Below, in pieces: positions 13,244 to 25,347 of a stretch of 64,000 nt of DNA. Made by a program: the position numbers and the translations under genes. How positions within the stretch are numbered: the first letter of the stretch is position 1; the number at the start of each line of letters is the position of its first letter. The notes beneath the pieces were generated by a model that was not told the origin of the DNA, did not search any database, and saw only the letters and a program-made list of their open reading frames with translations. The DNA comes from Batkoa obscura (lineage: Eukaryota): the NCBI GenBank assembly GCA_030770535.1, contig JASVEC010000001.1, positions 744,001 through 808,000 of the forward strand. The letters are read 5' to 3'.

Positions 13244-14428
13244 TCTCAAGTTGATAATAACACTATATCAAATAATAATATAGAAACTATTCATAACAAT
13301 ATAGAGACAATCGATAATAACATAGATACTATTAATAATATTGTAGATACTATCAATAATAGCAGTGATAACCTTGAAATCAACAATACTAATAATATTG
13401 AATCAAATATTAATAATACTCAAGTTGATTTAAATAATATTACTACCAATACTATCGAGTCACATAACAATAGCCAATCTGAATTGAATATTACTACTAT
13501 CATTGAATCTAATAGTAATAACAGTCATCAAGAATTAAATAATAATAGTAATAATAGTAATAATAGTGAATCAAATAATATCAGTAGCATTGAATCTGAT
13601 AATAATAGTCTTCCTGAGATAGATAATAATAATAGTACTGAATTAAATAATAATATTCATCCAACAGTAAACAATAGTAATAGACCAAACAATCCTCGAA
13701 TTAGATTCTTTATGACATTTTTACCTACGAATAATGAAAATAGACCAGCTGGAATAGCTACTATTTTTGAGTTTAATTTAAATGACGAAGAAGGACATAA
13801 TCTTGATATCAATGATATATTAACTGAAATAGCTATGAGATTAAGTAATGAAGAAAATAGAAAAATACATAAAGCAAGTAAAGAATCTATTAATAAATTA
13901 CCAACTCATTCTATTAATGAAATTAATAATCAATATAATAATATTATTATTAATAATAATGAAAATTGTTTAATTTGTTTAGATGAATGGGAAAATGAGC
14001 AAATCATTACTAAAATGCCATGTTCTCATATATTTCATAAAGATTGTTTATTACATTGGTTAGATAAATCAAATACTTGTCCTAATTGTCGATTTCCTTT
14101 ATTAACAGAAGATGAAGAAGTTAATCAAGAAATCAATCAAGAAATTCAAAATCGAAAAGATAAAGCTCATTTACAATTACATTCTACTTGTGCTATGAAT
14201 CCCATTGGATTATGTGATTGTGATTTAAATTCATTTCTAAATGATGATTTAATACAATTAAGTTGTGGTCATAAATTTCATTTAGATTGTATTCAAACTG
14301 CATTGATTTCTTCAAGTTCTTTATTATTAAAAGAAGATGTCAATTCCACTATTAAATGTCCTTCATGTTTAAGATATTCTATTGTACAGAATTGGGATTC
14401 ATGTCATAAAAAGGAGTTATTATTTTAA
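12902..14428 (+). CDS. RING-H2 E3 ubiquitin ligase, Asn-rich, with a second RING-like domain
   Basis: CLICLDEW...MPCSHIFHKDCLLHWLDKSNTCPNCR, then a second CGHKFHLDC...CPSC. Single exon. MGSSIS N-terminus. Confidence 0.85.
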
Positions 14429-14641
14429 AAAGATTATTAATTATAATAATCTATGTATATATTTTTATAAACTTATTTTAGCTTTCATTTTGTATTTATA
14501 TTAATAAAATTTATATTTATATTTTAATTTTATATTTTAATTTTATATTTAATTTTATATTTATTTTAATTTTATTGAAGTTTTTAAATATTAAAATATT
14601 AAAAATTCTATTAAAAATAATAATATTAAAAAAAGATTAAT

Positions 14642-15595
14642 TTATTCAATATCATAATAATAATTGGATGGATGATGATGATATTTAGAATGATAATGAT
14701 GATGATGATGATGGTGATGATTTACTTTAGGTTCATAATATTCTTTAATATTATAATTATGACGACGACGAATATTAAAATTACGACGACGATGATGATG
14801 ATGATTACTATGACCTTCATGAGGTGAATTACGACGATATCTTTTATAAGCATTATTATCACCACGATATTCATATCTTCTTCTTCTTAAATATTTATTA
14901 GGTTGATAATAATTCCTTTTACTTAAATAAGTATGAGATCTAGGATATTTTTTATTATCATATCTATCTGATTTACCATAACTTCTTGCTCTTAAATAAT
15001 TAGAATACCCTCTTTTATATTTTGGTCGATAATTATTGAATCTATATGAAGCCGAATTCATTCTTCTTCTTCTTAATGAATATCCCGATCCATATCGTTT
15101 AGTTCTTATTTTATAACGAGCTTCATTATTATATGGATTCTCTTCATCATATTCTTCAGTTTCGTCATTAGCTGCTTTTAATTCCATTGAGTTATCCAAC
15201 TCAATTGATTCTTGTTCACTTTCTTTAATCTCTTCATCTTCAATTGCTGCTGCTTTTAATTCACTCTTATCTTGTTGTTCAACTTGTTGTTCAACTTGTT
15301 CATCATCTTCTTCAGTCATTGCTTTTAAAACAGATTCATCTACTTGTTCATTAGTAGATACTAATTTTTCCATCTCATTATTAACCTTCATCATATTCGA
15401 TTTATTAATAGATGAAGTAGATATATCATTTGATTGACTTTCATCTAAGATTGGAGTTGGCATTAATAAGACTGGATTTTCATTCAATGTGGATGGAGTT
15501 GGCTCATTTAATGATAATTTAGGATCTAAATTTACATTAGGAAGGGCTAAGATAGTAGGTAATAATATTAGAATTAAGTGACTTAATTGATGCAT
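14642..15595 (-). CDS. secreted low-complexity protein (acidic N-half, Arg/Tyr/His-rich C-half)
   Basis: 317-aa ORF with signal-like MHQLSHLILILLPTILALP, an E/D-rich segment, then an R/Y/K/H-rich segment with KR/RR sites and poly-His. Confidence 0.75.
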   Translation of the reverse strand: MHQLSHLILILLPTILALPNVNLDPKLSLNEPTPSTLNENPVLLMPTPILDESQSNDISTSSINKSNMMKVNNEMEKLVSTNEQVDESVLKAMTEEDDEQVEQQVEQQDKSELKAAAIEDEEIKESEQESIELDNSMELKAANDETEEYDEENPYNNEARYKIRTKRYGSGYSLRRRRMNSASYRFNNYRPKYKRGYSNYLRARSYGKSDRYDNKKYPRSHTYLSKRNYYQPNKYLRRRRYEYRGDNNAYKRYRRNSPHEGHSNHHHHRRRNFNIRRRHNYNIKEYYEPKVNHHHHHHHHYHSKYHHHPSNYYYDIE

Positions 15596-16520
15596 TGAAA
15601 GTTATTTGAGTTAGTTTTTAATTAATGATTATAAATGAGATTATGTATTGTGTGATTCGTATATGTTGAAATGTTGTTCTATTAGAGTGATATATTATAG
15701 AAATAGAATGTATTAATATATTAATGTATTTGTTATGTAAATGAAATAAACTAAATGTAAATCAATATAAAAAAATCTAAAAGATAAAAATGAAAACCAT
15801 TTACAAAATAGAAGATAAATACAAAGAATATTATTGTTTATTTATATTTTTTTTAAATGTTAGAACTTAATTGTTGATTTTAATTTTAATTTTTTAACAG
15901 TTAATATCGGAATTTATTTTTTTGTTTGAGTTAAATTTTTGACTATTTGTAGTTACAATTTAATAAAAGTCATTTTTTATGATTTTAAATTAAGATTTTA
16001 AAATATCCAATCAGAAGTTGATTATTTAATTTTTTTTAATAACATCAACTACTTAAGTTTGAAATATTTACAGTTACAAATAAATAGAGCTAAGTTTGGG
16101 TTTTGATTTTGGTTAATTTTATAAACAAAGTAATTAAATTATTCAAACTTTTTTATTACTTGTTTTAAATGTTAATTTTATTATTATTCCATATTTTCAT
16201 AACACTTTTTTATAATTATTAATTTTCAATTTATCTTTATTGTAATTAAAGTTTCAAATTTTAATTCAATTAAATTAAGTTTCGAAGTTTTATAATTAAT
16301 AACTGTTTGTTTTATTAAGCTTAGCTAGTAACTTTATAGTCATTATTTTATTTATAATTATTATACTTTTTAAAATCAATTTATTTATGTTTTTGACTGA
16401 GATATAAGTTACTAAAGATCTAAAATAAACATTAAATTTCAATCTACTAATTTTCCATTTTTTGTATAAAAAAATTCAAGTTATTTAAACTTACATGTTT
16501 ATCATTTTAATATTTTAATA

Positions 16521-16526
<6 letters not shown>

Positions 16527-16554
<28 letters not shown>
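16527..16554. repeat. (TA)n microsatellite
   Basis: Perfect TA dinucleotide run. Confidence 0.9.
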
Positions 16555-16559
<5 letters not shown>

Positions 16560-17081
16560 TACTATAATACTCCTTTATAATATTCTATTAAGGATTGCAT
16601 TTTTCAATTTATAAATTATAAATATAAGAATGATCTTTTTGTATTGTATTGATATTAAACTAATGCTATTTTGAAATTTTATGTATAAAAAATGGACAAA
16701 TTAATGACATAAAAAACAAATTCACTTATTAATTTTAGACCAAAAACTTTAAAAGAATTCCTTTTAACAAATTTAATTTGAAACATAAATTATTCTCTTT
16801 ACAAATTTGAACATAATAAAAAAACAAACAAAAAATAATTTTAACTAATAAAAATATGAGAAAATAATGACCTAATGAAAGGAGAAATTAATATTGAATT
16901 TAACTTAATGTAAATTAATGATTGGCTTCACTTCATTTCAAACTCGAATTTTTATCAAATAATAGACTCATTCTTTTGTTAAAAGAAAAATAAATTACTT
17001 TTTAAAAGTGTCAACAATCACTTTCTTACAATAAAACTGTAATATAGTGTATAATAAATAAATAAATAAAACAAGAATAGA

Positions 17082-18680
17082 ATGCCATTTATAGATCCAA
17101 AATATAAAAAAAATTTAAGTTTATATAAATATAAAGGAGTAGATAACTCTTTATTATCAAAATATGTATTAAACCATTATTGGACTTGGTTAGTTTCCTT
17201 ATTTCCTTTATGGATGGCGTAAGTGAATTTTAGTTGTATATTATTTTATAAAATAATTTATTAAATATTTCTTATTATATTTAGTCCAAATTTAATCACT
17301 TTACTTGGGTTCATATTAATCATCTTTAACTTTGGTTTATGTCTTATTTTTGACCCAACTTTAGATGGTCAAGGTCCTCCTTGGTTGTATGTTAGGTAAA
17401 AATAAGTGAATTGAATATTAAACTCATTTTAATGCTTTTGTTATTATCAGTTATGGTGTTGGACTATGGATCTATGCTTCATTTGATGCTATTGATGGTA
17501 AGCAAGCAAGGAGAACTGGTACTTCTGGTCCTTTAGGACAATTATTTGATCATAGTAAGTTTAATTTAGTATTTTCTATTGTAATTTTATTAATTTAATT
17601 TTTTTATTTAGGTTGTGATGCTTTAAATACAACTGTAAGTTTTTACATTTTATTTTATTTAAGATAGAAATTAATATTTTAATAGCTTGTAGGTTTATTA
17701 ACTATTTCAGCTTTTAAAATTAGTAAAGATTGGTGGTCTATTATTTCAGTATATACAGGTAACTTATTTTTATATATTTAAATAATAACTTAAAACTTAA
17801 ACCTTAAATTTTATTAGCTTTTGGTAACTTTTATTTAACTACATGGGAAGAATATCATACCGGAACATTATATTTAAGTTATTTTTCTGGACCAGTTGAA
17901 GGTTTAACTTCGGTATGTATTTTATTTATTCTTACTGGTTATGTCACTCCTTCTTATTGGACACAAGATGTACGTACTATTTTACATTTAAAAGATACTA
18001 CTTTACCTTTTATTCCTTCTATTGAAATCAACAAATTATTTTTATTGATCGCTTTCTTTGTTATGTTTTTAAATATTATTAATAGGTAAATTATTATATA
18101 TTCATTCTATATCATTTTAATTTATCTTTTATTCGTTTAGTGCCTACAATGTTATACAAACATACAGTGAAAAGAAACAATCTGCTATTACTGCTTTATT
18201 AGGTATATTGCCTTTTGCAGTAGCTAGTCTTTTAGGTTATCTTTGGATCTCCGCTTCTCCTTTTATATTTACTGAATGTTTAGTACCTTTTATGTTGTTT
18301 TTGGGATTCACTGTAGCTTATAATGTAGGCTTAATTATTTTAGCTCATGTTACTAAAGCTCCATTCCCTTACTTTAATAAGTTGTATGTACCTTTGATTG
18401 TTGGGGCTATTAATTCTAATTTATCTATTTTATTTGATCTGTAAGTTTATTTTATTAATATATGAATAGTATATAATTATTAATATTTTTTACTTTTAGT
18501 AAACCAATATTTGAGAAAGGGAATGAGATTACTTATATTTATGCAAGTATGTTATTTTCTATTGGATATTATTTGTATTATTCTATTTCAGTCATCAATG
18601 AAATTTGTGATCATTTTGATATCTATTGTTTATCTATTAAACATTTGGATCAAGTTCCAGGATATAAAAAAGATGAATAA
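17082..18680 (+). CDS. choline/ethanolamine phosphotransferase (CDP-alcohol phosphatidyltransferase), multi-exon
   Basis: YKYKGVD.SL, PLWMAPNLITL, FDAIDGKQARRTGTSGPLGQLFDH.CDA (CDP-alcohol motif), TWEEYHTGTLYL. Ends ...GYKKDE* with a KKxx ER-retrieval motif. Confidence 0.9.
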
Positions 18681-18987
18681 GTGATCCTTCTTTAATTTCA
18701 TTTATAGTATAAAATACAACTGTGTTTTATATCTTTAAATTTAATATTTTTTAAATAAATATATATTGTTTGTATATAATTATCATTTTATTATTATTTC
18801 TTATTTCTTATTTTTATTTTTTATAATAAACTTATTAAAATTGATCCCATAATAAATCAATTGAGTCCAACTTCTACCTCATTCAAAAAATTATTATGCC
18901 AACCAAAAAGAAAATTAAAAATTGCAATTGATCTAAAAAAGATAATCAAAAGCTAAACTCACTAATTTTTATATTCAAATAAAAAAA

Positions 18988-19721
18988 ATGAGTTCAACCG
19001 ATAACAAAGTAGAGGAGCTACACCAATTAGCTGAACAAGTCAATTTAGAGCCCCGTCAACATTGGGATAAAAAGATCGATACTCCATATCCATTGATCGA
19101 TAATGACCCTCACTTTAAAAGAGTAGTTAGTTATTTTAGAGCTGAAGATTATGCTGCTTGGGGTATAGGTACTGCCTTTTTTCCAGCTGCTTTTTATTTT
19201 TTGGGTAAGTTTCAATACAATTGATTGAGATTTTGGAATAATGTGCCATTTTATTAGAAAAAAGAGAAGTTAGTGTACCAAAGGCTAGACTTCCAGCTAA
19301 TTTAATGTTCTGTGCTGCACTTGGTACCATTGGTGGTTTCTTATATGCTTATCAATCAAGTAGCAGTAAGTTATTTTTTACCATTTTTAAAATAAAGAAC
19401 AATAAAGTTAATGTTATTAATAGAAAGGTTTTGGGGATGGAGTGAAAATGAAAGAGAAAGATTAAGAGATATAAAAGAACTTGGAAATAAATACAAAAAT
19501 GAACAAAAATTATATGGTCAATCTTCTTTAGATACTTATTATCAACAAGCTGCTGCCAATAATTCACGTTATTCAGCTCTTAAGTTTGGTAAGCTTTGAG
19601 TTTTTGATATTTTATGAGTTTGAAAATAATCTACTTTTTTTCAGGTGCTATTCCTTGGTTCAATTTTGTTAACCATCCTCATCATGGTGTTGATGAAAAA
19701 CAATATCAACAAAAAGAATAA
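18988..19721 (+). CDS. NADH:ubiquinone oxidoreductase ~21 kDa fungal accessory subunit (NUXM-type), multi-exon
   Basis: YPLIDNDPHFKRVVSYFR.EDY, GGFLYAYQSSS.RFWGWSENERE, LYGQSSL..YYQ..AA.NSRYS, IPWFNFVNHP.HGVD. Confidence 0.88.
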
Positions 19722-20297
19722 ATTAGGAGATTTTTTATCCTTATTATGAATTATTATTGTTATCTAAATGAGAGACTGTTTTTATTATTTGAAGTTATTT
19801 ATTATAAATAGAGGATGGTAATTAAGGTAGAACTATTTGTTGTATAATGGAGTAATTATTGTTTAATATATTTATACAATTAATAGTCATAGTTATATTT
19901 TGTGGCTACTTATAGTGATGAATGTTCTATAATACAAAATATTTAATCACTTTTTTTAGATAGGTTCATTTTATCTAAGGCATTAATTCAAATGCCATTT
20001 AATAGATGACATAGTTTAAAACATCTTGATCTTAAAAACTATTTTAAAACTACATTGCTACTCATTTAATAAAAACGCCTTCCAATCTAGTTGTAAATTA
20101 TAACATTAATTTTTGCTTATTCTATAATTTTTGGTTCTACAAAATAGATTACAAAAAACGGGTATAGTATAGCACTATAAGAGGAACAAAAAACTCATTA
20201 ACAATCATATTGATTTGCACATTTTAATACTATATTTTATTCCCCATATTTTTTAAAAAAAATCTAATTTTTTCCAAATAGTCAACCATCAACATAA

Positions 20298-22274
20298 TTA
20301 TTGACCACCTTCTTTATCTGGAATAACTTTGATAAGATCGTCTATACGTAAGATTGAGATAGCAGCTTCAGTAGCAGCTCTAAGAGACTTTATTTTAGAC
20401 ATAGCTGGTTCTAATACACCGGCTTTTACATTATCTCTAAGTTCTCCTTTAATAAGATCTAATCCAAACCATTTAAGTTGACGACGACGTTCATCAGCAT
20501 TTGGGTTTTGGGCAGCATTTTGATAAGATCTAAGTTTAGGTACTAAATCAGAAGAATCTTTAGCTGCATTGACCGCAAGTGTTTTTGGAATAACTAAAAG
20601 TGAGTTAGCAAATTCAGCAATAGCTAATTGTTCACGTGATCCCTATTAAAATAAAATTAATTACTAATCTAAATATAATGAAGTAACTAACTTACCAACG
20701 TTGTAGCAAAGTTTTCTAAATAAATACTTAAAGCAGCTTCAACAGCACCACCACCCGGAACAACGGAACCTGATTCTAAGGTACGTTTAACAGCGCAAAG
20801 AGAATCGTGGATACTACGTTCCATTTCATCCAACATATAATCGTTAGCACCTCTAAGGATTAAACTAGAAGCGGATTGATTCTTAGTACCTTTAATTAAG
20901 ATACATTCGTCATCTGAAATACGTTCTTGTACTACTTCCTCAGCTGAACCAAGATAACTAGCTTCAAATGATTCTTCTCCATCTAAATTAGCTAAAGTTG
21001 AAATTAAAGTAGCTCCAGTTGCTTTAGCAATTCTACGAAGATCTTCTTTCTTACAACGACGTACAGCCATAGCACCAGCTTCAACAAAGAGCTTTAAACA
21101 CATATCATCGATACCTTTGGTGGTCAAAATAACATTAGCTCCAGTATCAAGAATTAATTTGATCTTTTCGGTGGTAAGTTCAATTTCACTGTAAAATTAT
21201 TAGAAAAAAGGATAATTATAACAAACTATAATAAATTATACCGACGACGGATATCTTCTAAATTATCTGGATTTTCAACAACAATATTAACACCTAAATG
21301 CATACGTGCTTTTTGTAAATTGATATCAAGACAAGCAATCTTAGCGTTTTGAATATGTTTTGGAAGAGCTAATTTTTGATAAAAAAAATATTCTTATAAA
21401 GTATTAAAATTAGTTTACCTTGACTAGCAACAGTACAATTTAAAGCATATCCTTTAACAAAAATAGATTCTCTAGCACTTTTACCATGAGCTTTAAGGAT
21501 ATTAACAGCATTAACTGGGTATTTGATGTCACCACGAGAATTGATCGATTTTACTGAGGTAATAGCATCTACTACCATTTCTGAAAAGAAATCTGATTCA
21601 CTAAAATAAATTATTAAATTAAAGACTTAAACTATCATTTGTAAAACTTACTTATTAATAATTTTACTTGACATGGTAGTTTTAGCTACATTAATTAAAC
21701 AATCACGACCTAATTTATCTACTTTTTGAGTCATTTGATCAGCGATAAATCTACAAGCTTCACGACTAGCTAAGCGATAACCACTGATAATGGTAGTTGG
21801 ATGAATTTTATTAATAACTAACTCATTAGCACGTTTCAATAATTCAGCTGCAATTAAAACAACGGAAGTGGTACCATCACCTACTTCTTGATCTTGTTGT
21901 TGTGCTAATTCAACAAGTACTTTTCCAGCTGGATGTTCTACTTCTAATAAACCTAAAATGGTAGCTCCATCATTGGAAATGGTTACATCCTTTGTTTTAT
22001 TAGACTTTATTAAATTAAAATAAGATTCTAATACTTACACCAATATCATCAACCATCATTTTATCTAACCCAACAGGTCCTAAAGATGTTTTTACAACAT
22101 TGGCAATAGAACTTGCTGCAAGTACTATTATTCGAAATAATTTATTAATATCCCATTCTTTATGATTTAAGTAAACTATTTCTAATTACCATTTTGATTA
22201 CGAACTTCTTGACCGGAGGTACGCTCTCCTCCAATGAATAATGATCCACTTTGCTCCTTGTTAAAGATAGCCAT
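20298..22274 (-). CDS. TCP1: T-complex protein 1 subunit alpha (CCT-alpha), multi-exon
   Basis: IANVVKTSLGPVGLDKMMVDD, ISNDGATIL, QDQEVGDGTTSVV, KIHPTTIISGYRLA, VNILKAHGKS, VVPGGGAVEAAL, EAAISILRIDDLI. Confidence 0.95.
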
Positions 22275-23028
22275 TTCTTTTTTTTGATGTATATAAAAGG
22301 AATAAACTTACACTTTTTCAAATTGTGTTGCTATTTTTTTAACTTTAGCTTGGCTCACACTTTCGAATTTACCAATGAAACTCTAGTTAGGTGTTTAGCT
22401 ATTTTGATTGGCTACTTGGTTTTAGAAATGGGATTATAAGATTTTGTTTTCAAAGCTTTCAGTATTATTAATGTGAAATGGACGTTATATCGTTTATACT
22501 ATTATTTTGTAATCAAATAATTAATAATATGTATCTTTGTAAAAAAAGTTCATAAACTTTCATCAAACATATTTGTTTTACATGTATTAGGCTATGTACA
22601 ACTTTTTTAGATACAGCAATATTTAATAAAATAATAAAATAATAAAATAACTTTTTACTACATATTTAATGAAAAATATTTAACTACTGGCTTATAAGTC
22701 ATACCATTAATAAAATCCTTTGATTGATTTTTTGATTATAATATTAAGGCTTTAATTTATAATATTTTACCAATAATTTTTCTCAATTTTATGCTACATG
22801 AAAAATGGACAAATAAATGAAACTAAAAAGACGCCCCAAATGCTTTTTTTATCATAGTACTAACTTAGTAGAGTGTGCTTTCCTATACAATAAAATAAAG
22901 GCAATGATAGTTATAATAGGAGGTTTTCTTTTTTTAATATTACAATCAGTTTTTCGAAAAGCTTTAAAAAACACGATTTAAAAAATCGCTCGAAGTGTAA
23001 AAAGATAGTATCTCTGTATTTATCAATA

Positions 23029-23191
23029 CAGCTCCTGCAACTCTGTCGTGACCTATTTGATTGTTCATTTAAAAATAAAATTTTTCTAAAATCATACCAA
23101 AACTAAAAATTAGGCAAATAAAAACCAAACAAACAAAAAACTGACTCTAAAGATTATCGAAACTTAGGCCGCAGTAGAGTTGTAGCAGCTA
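23029..23191. mobile_element. MITE family B (Tc1/mariner-like, TA-flanked)
   Basis: Left end TA|CAGCTCCTGCAACTCT, right end AGAGTTGTAGCAGCTA|TA (imperfect TIR). Interior resembles copies at about 58471-58618 and 60301-60461. Confidence 0.6.
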
Positions 23192-23385
23192 TAACTTTAT
23201 CGTGGGTATATAAAATAGTAGTAAATTTTAAAAATTGAACTTCATAAAGATAACCTTTGCATCAATAAATAAAACTTTGCTTTGTTTTAAGTTTCACCGA
23301 TAATATATGAGCGGGAAACTATCTAAAAGCGAGTACTGTTAAACTTTCAGCAAGTTTAAACTAAAAATGCTTGCTAGACTTTGCC

Positions 23386-25347
23386 CTAATTTTTAGTAAT
23401 AGAAACCTTTATTGGTTCCACCGGTTGAGTAGTAATAAAACATTTATGACCAACATCTTTTTCACCATTTCTGTCAAAAGTGAAGTTTCGAATCAAATTG
23501 ACACTGACTAAATATAATTCCATCCAAGCTAAACTACAAAATGAATATATATATGATAATTATTAGTTGGGTTAATGAAACTTACGTTCTACCCACACAA
23601 GCTCTAGGACCGATTAAGAAGGGTGAGAAGTTATTATTTGTTTTAAACTTTCCATCAAATAACCATCTTTAGGGATCAAAGGCCCCTGGCTTTTTTTCCC
23701 ATTGTGCTGGTAAATTATGTAAAGCATTAAAACATACTCCAACAACTGTCTAGAAAATATCATTATAAAATAAATTTTCTATCTACTATAATAATATATA
23801 CCTTTTCTGGTATATAGTAACCATCAATAACTTTACCACCATTAGGTGCTAACCTTGTTGGAGTACCGCCAATTACTGGAAAGATCCTTAAACCTTCATG
23901 GATTACGGCACTAAGATAATGACATTCGGTTTTGCATTTGGAATAAGTAATGGATTCTTTATTGGGGAACATTATAGCTATTTCTTCTTTAACTTTTTGA
24001 TATATATCTGTGTTCTTAGTCAACAAATAAAATATCCTAAATAATTATTTAGTTCGTTGAAACCCAACTGTATTAAATTACCATGTAAGGGAATGCGAAG
24101 TAGTATCTGTTCCACCAGAACTTTAAAAAAGATTAGTTACACATTAAATAAATTAATAAATTAATAAGCTACAGTTGCGAAATTGACTCCTCGGCTATTT
24201 CTCTTTCACTTAATTTTTTTCCACTATCTGGATCCGTTGCCTCAATCAAAGTGTTTAAAATACTAGCTCTACCTGGGTTATTTTTAGCGTATTTTATTGC
24301 TGCATGTGTAAACTAAATTTTGATTAAATATGTCTAATAATAAGTAATAATATTTTTAATACCTCAAATAAATTTTTAGTACTATTGAATTGATAATATT
24401 TCATAAATGGGAATGTAAATACCTAATATTACGTGAGCACTGTGTAAAATATTAATATTGGCGTTATACCAAAATACTGAGTTTGGTCATATCATTTGTC
24501 CATTTTACTATTGGGTGGTAACCATCTCTTAGCATGTTAAATGAGTTTCCAAACGCAAAGTCTCCAATCACATCCTATTAACTATATTACTATAACTATA
24601 AATAATTTCATGTAGAATTTACGAAAGCAAAATAATGAAAGTAAAGACCAAGATCTAATTTCTGACTTTGGGTAGATAAACTATCCACTTTATCTACAAA
24701 AGTATCTACATTCTTTTTAACTAAATATTCCATACTTTCGATTGACTTCTCCGAAAAGGACGCGGCAACAATTTTTTTCTACTTTAATTAACTATAGTCA
24801 TTACAAGCTATATTAAAACTATTACTCTTTGACGATGAAAATCTCTGCTTCTATTAAATCATTAATGTTAGCTACTTGATATCTATTTTTCATTACCTTG
24901 TGCTAAAAGTAATTTCTCCTACTATTTTAAAAATCTCATAAACTTCATCCTTTACATAGGCGTAGGTAGAATAAATTTCTTTCAATGCTGAATCGGAAGA
25001 AAAAGATGCCTCATTCCAACCTATGTCATTTTGTTAGTATTATAAATAACCAAAGTTTTATGTTTTGAATACTTACTCATTCTCACTACATTTCCATACT
25101 TCGTATGCAAATCTAAAGCATACTCCGGAAACGTACCTTTGCTTATATGATAGGTATGGATAAAGGGGAAAAGCAAGTTGATTATTGGACCGGGTATCTT
25201 TTTTAAGGAACTAAAATATATGTTGTATATAACCTTTTAAAGTGCAAGTTATAATGTGACGACGATACACAATTAAACTACTTTATACCCATAATAGACT
25301 AAAGATGATACAAGTATGGGTATTAATATTAATATCAAACTTAACAT
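23386..25347 (-). pseudogene. cytochrome P450 with an in-frame stop (pseudogene or base-call error)
   Basis: N-terminal anchor, GGTDTTS I-helix, EGLR (ExxR) and PFLIGPRACVGR heme motif. The penultimate exon reads AFDP*RWL (TAA at 23669-23671) where the paralog has FKPERWL. Confidence 0.8.

Noticed and set aside
18600..18720. Selenocysteine in the phosphotransferase (the animal homolog SELENOI is a selenoprotein)
   Set aside because: The reading frame ends KKDE-TAA with no in-frame TGA, and no SECIS is evident.
23669..23671. TAA reassignment or an alternative genetic code
   Set aside because: TAA is the normal stop of most other genes here (GluRS, trehalase, OPT, ABCC), and long ORFs have no internal TAA.
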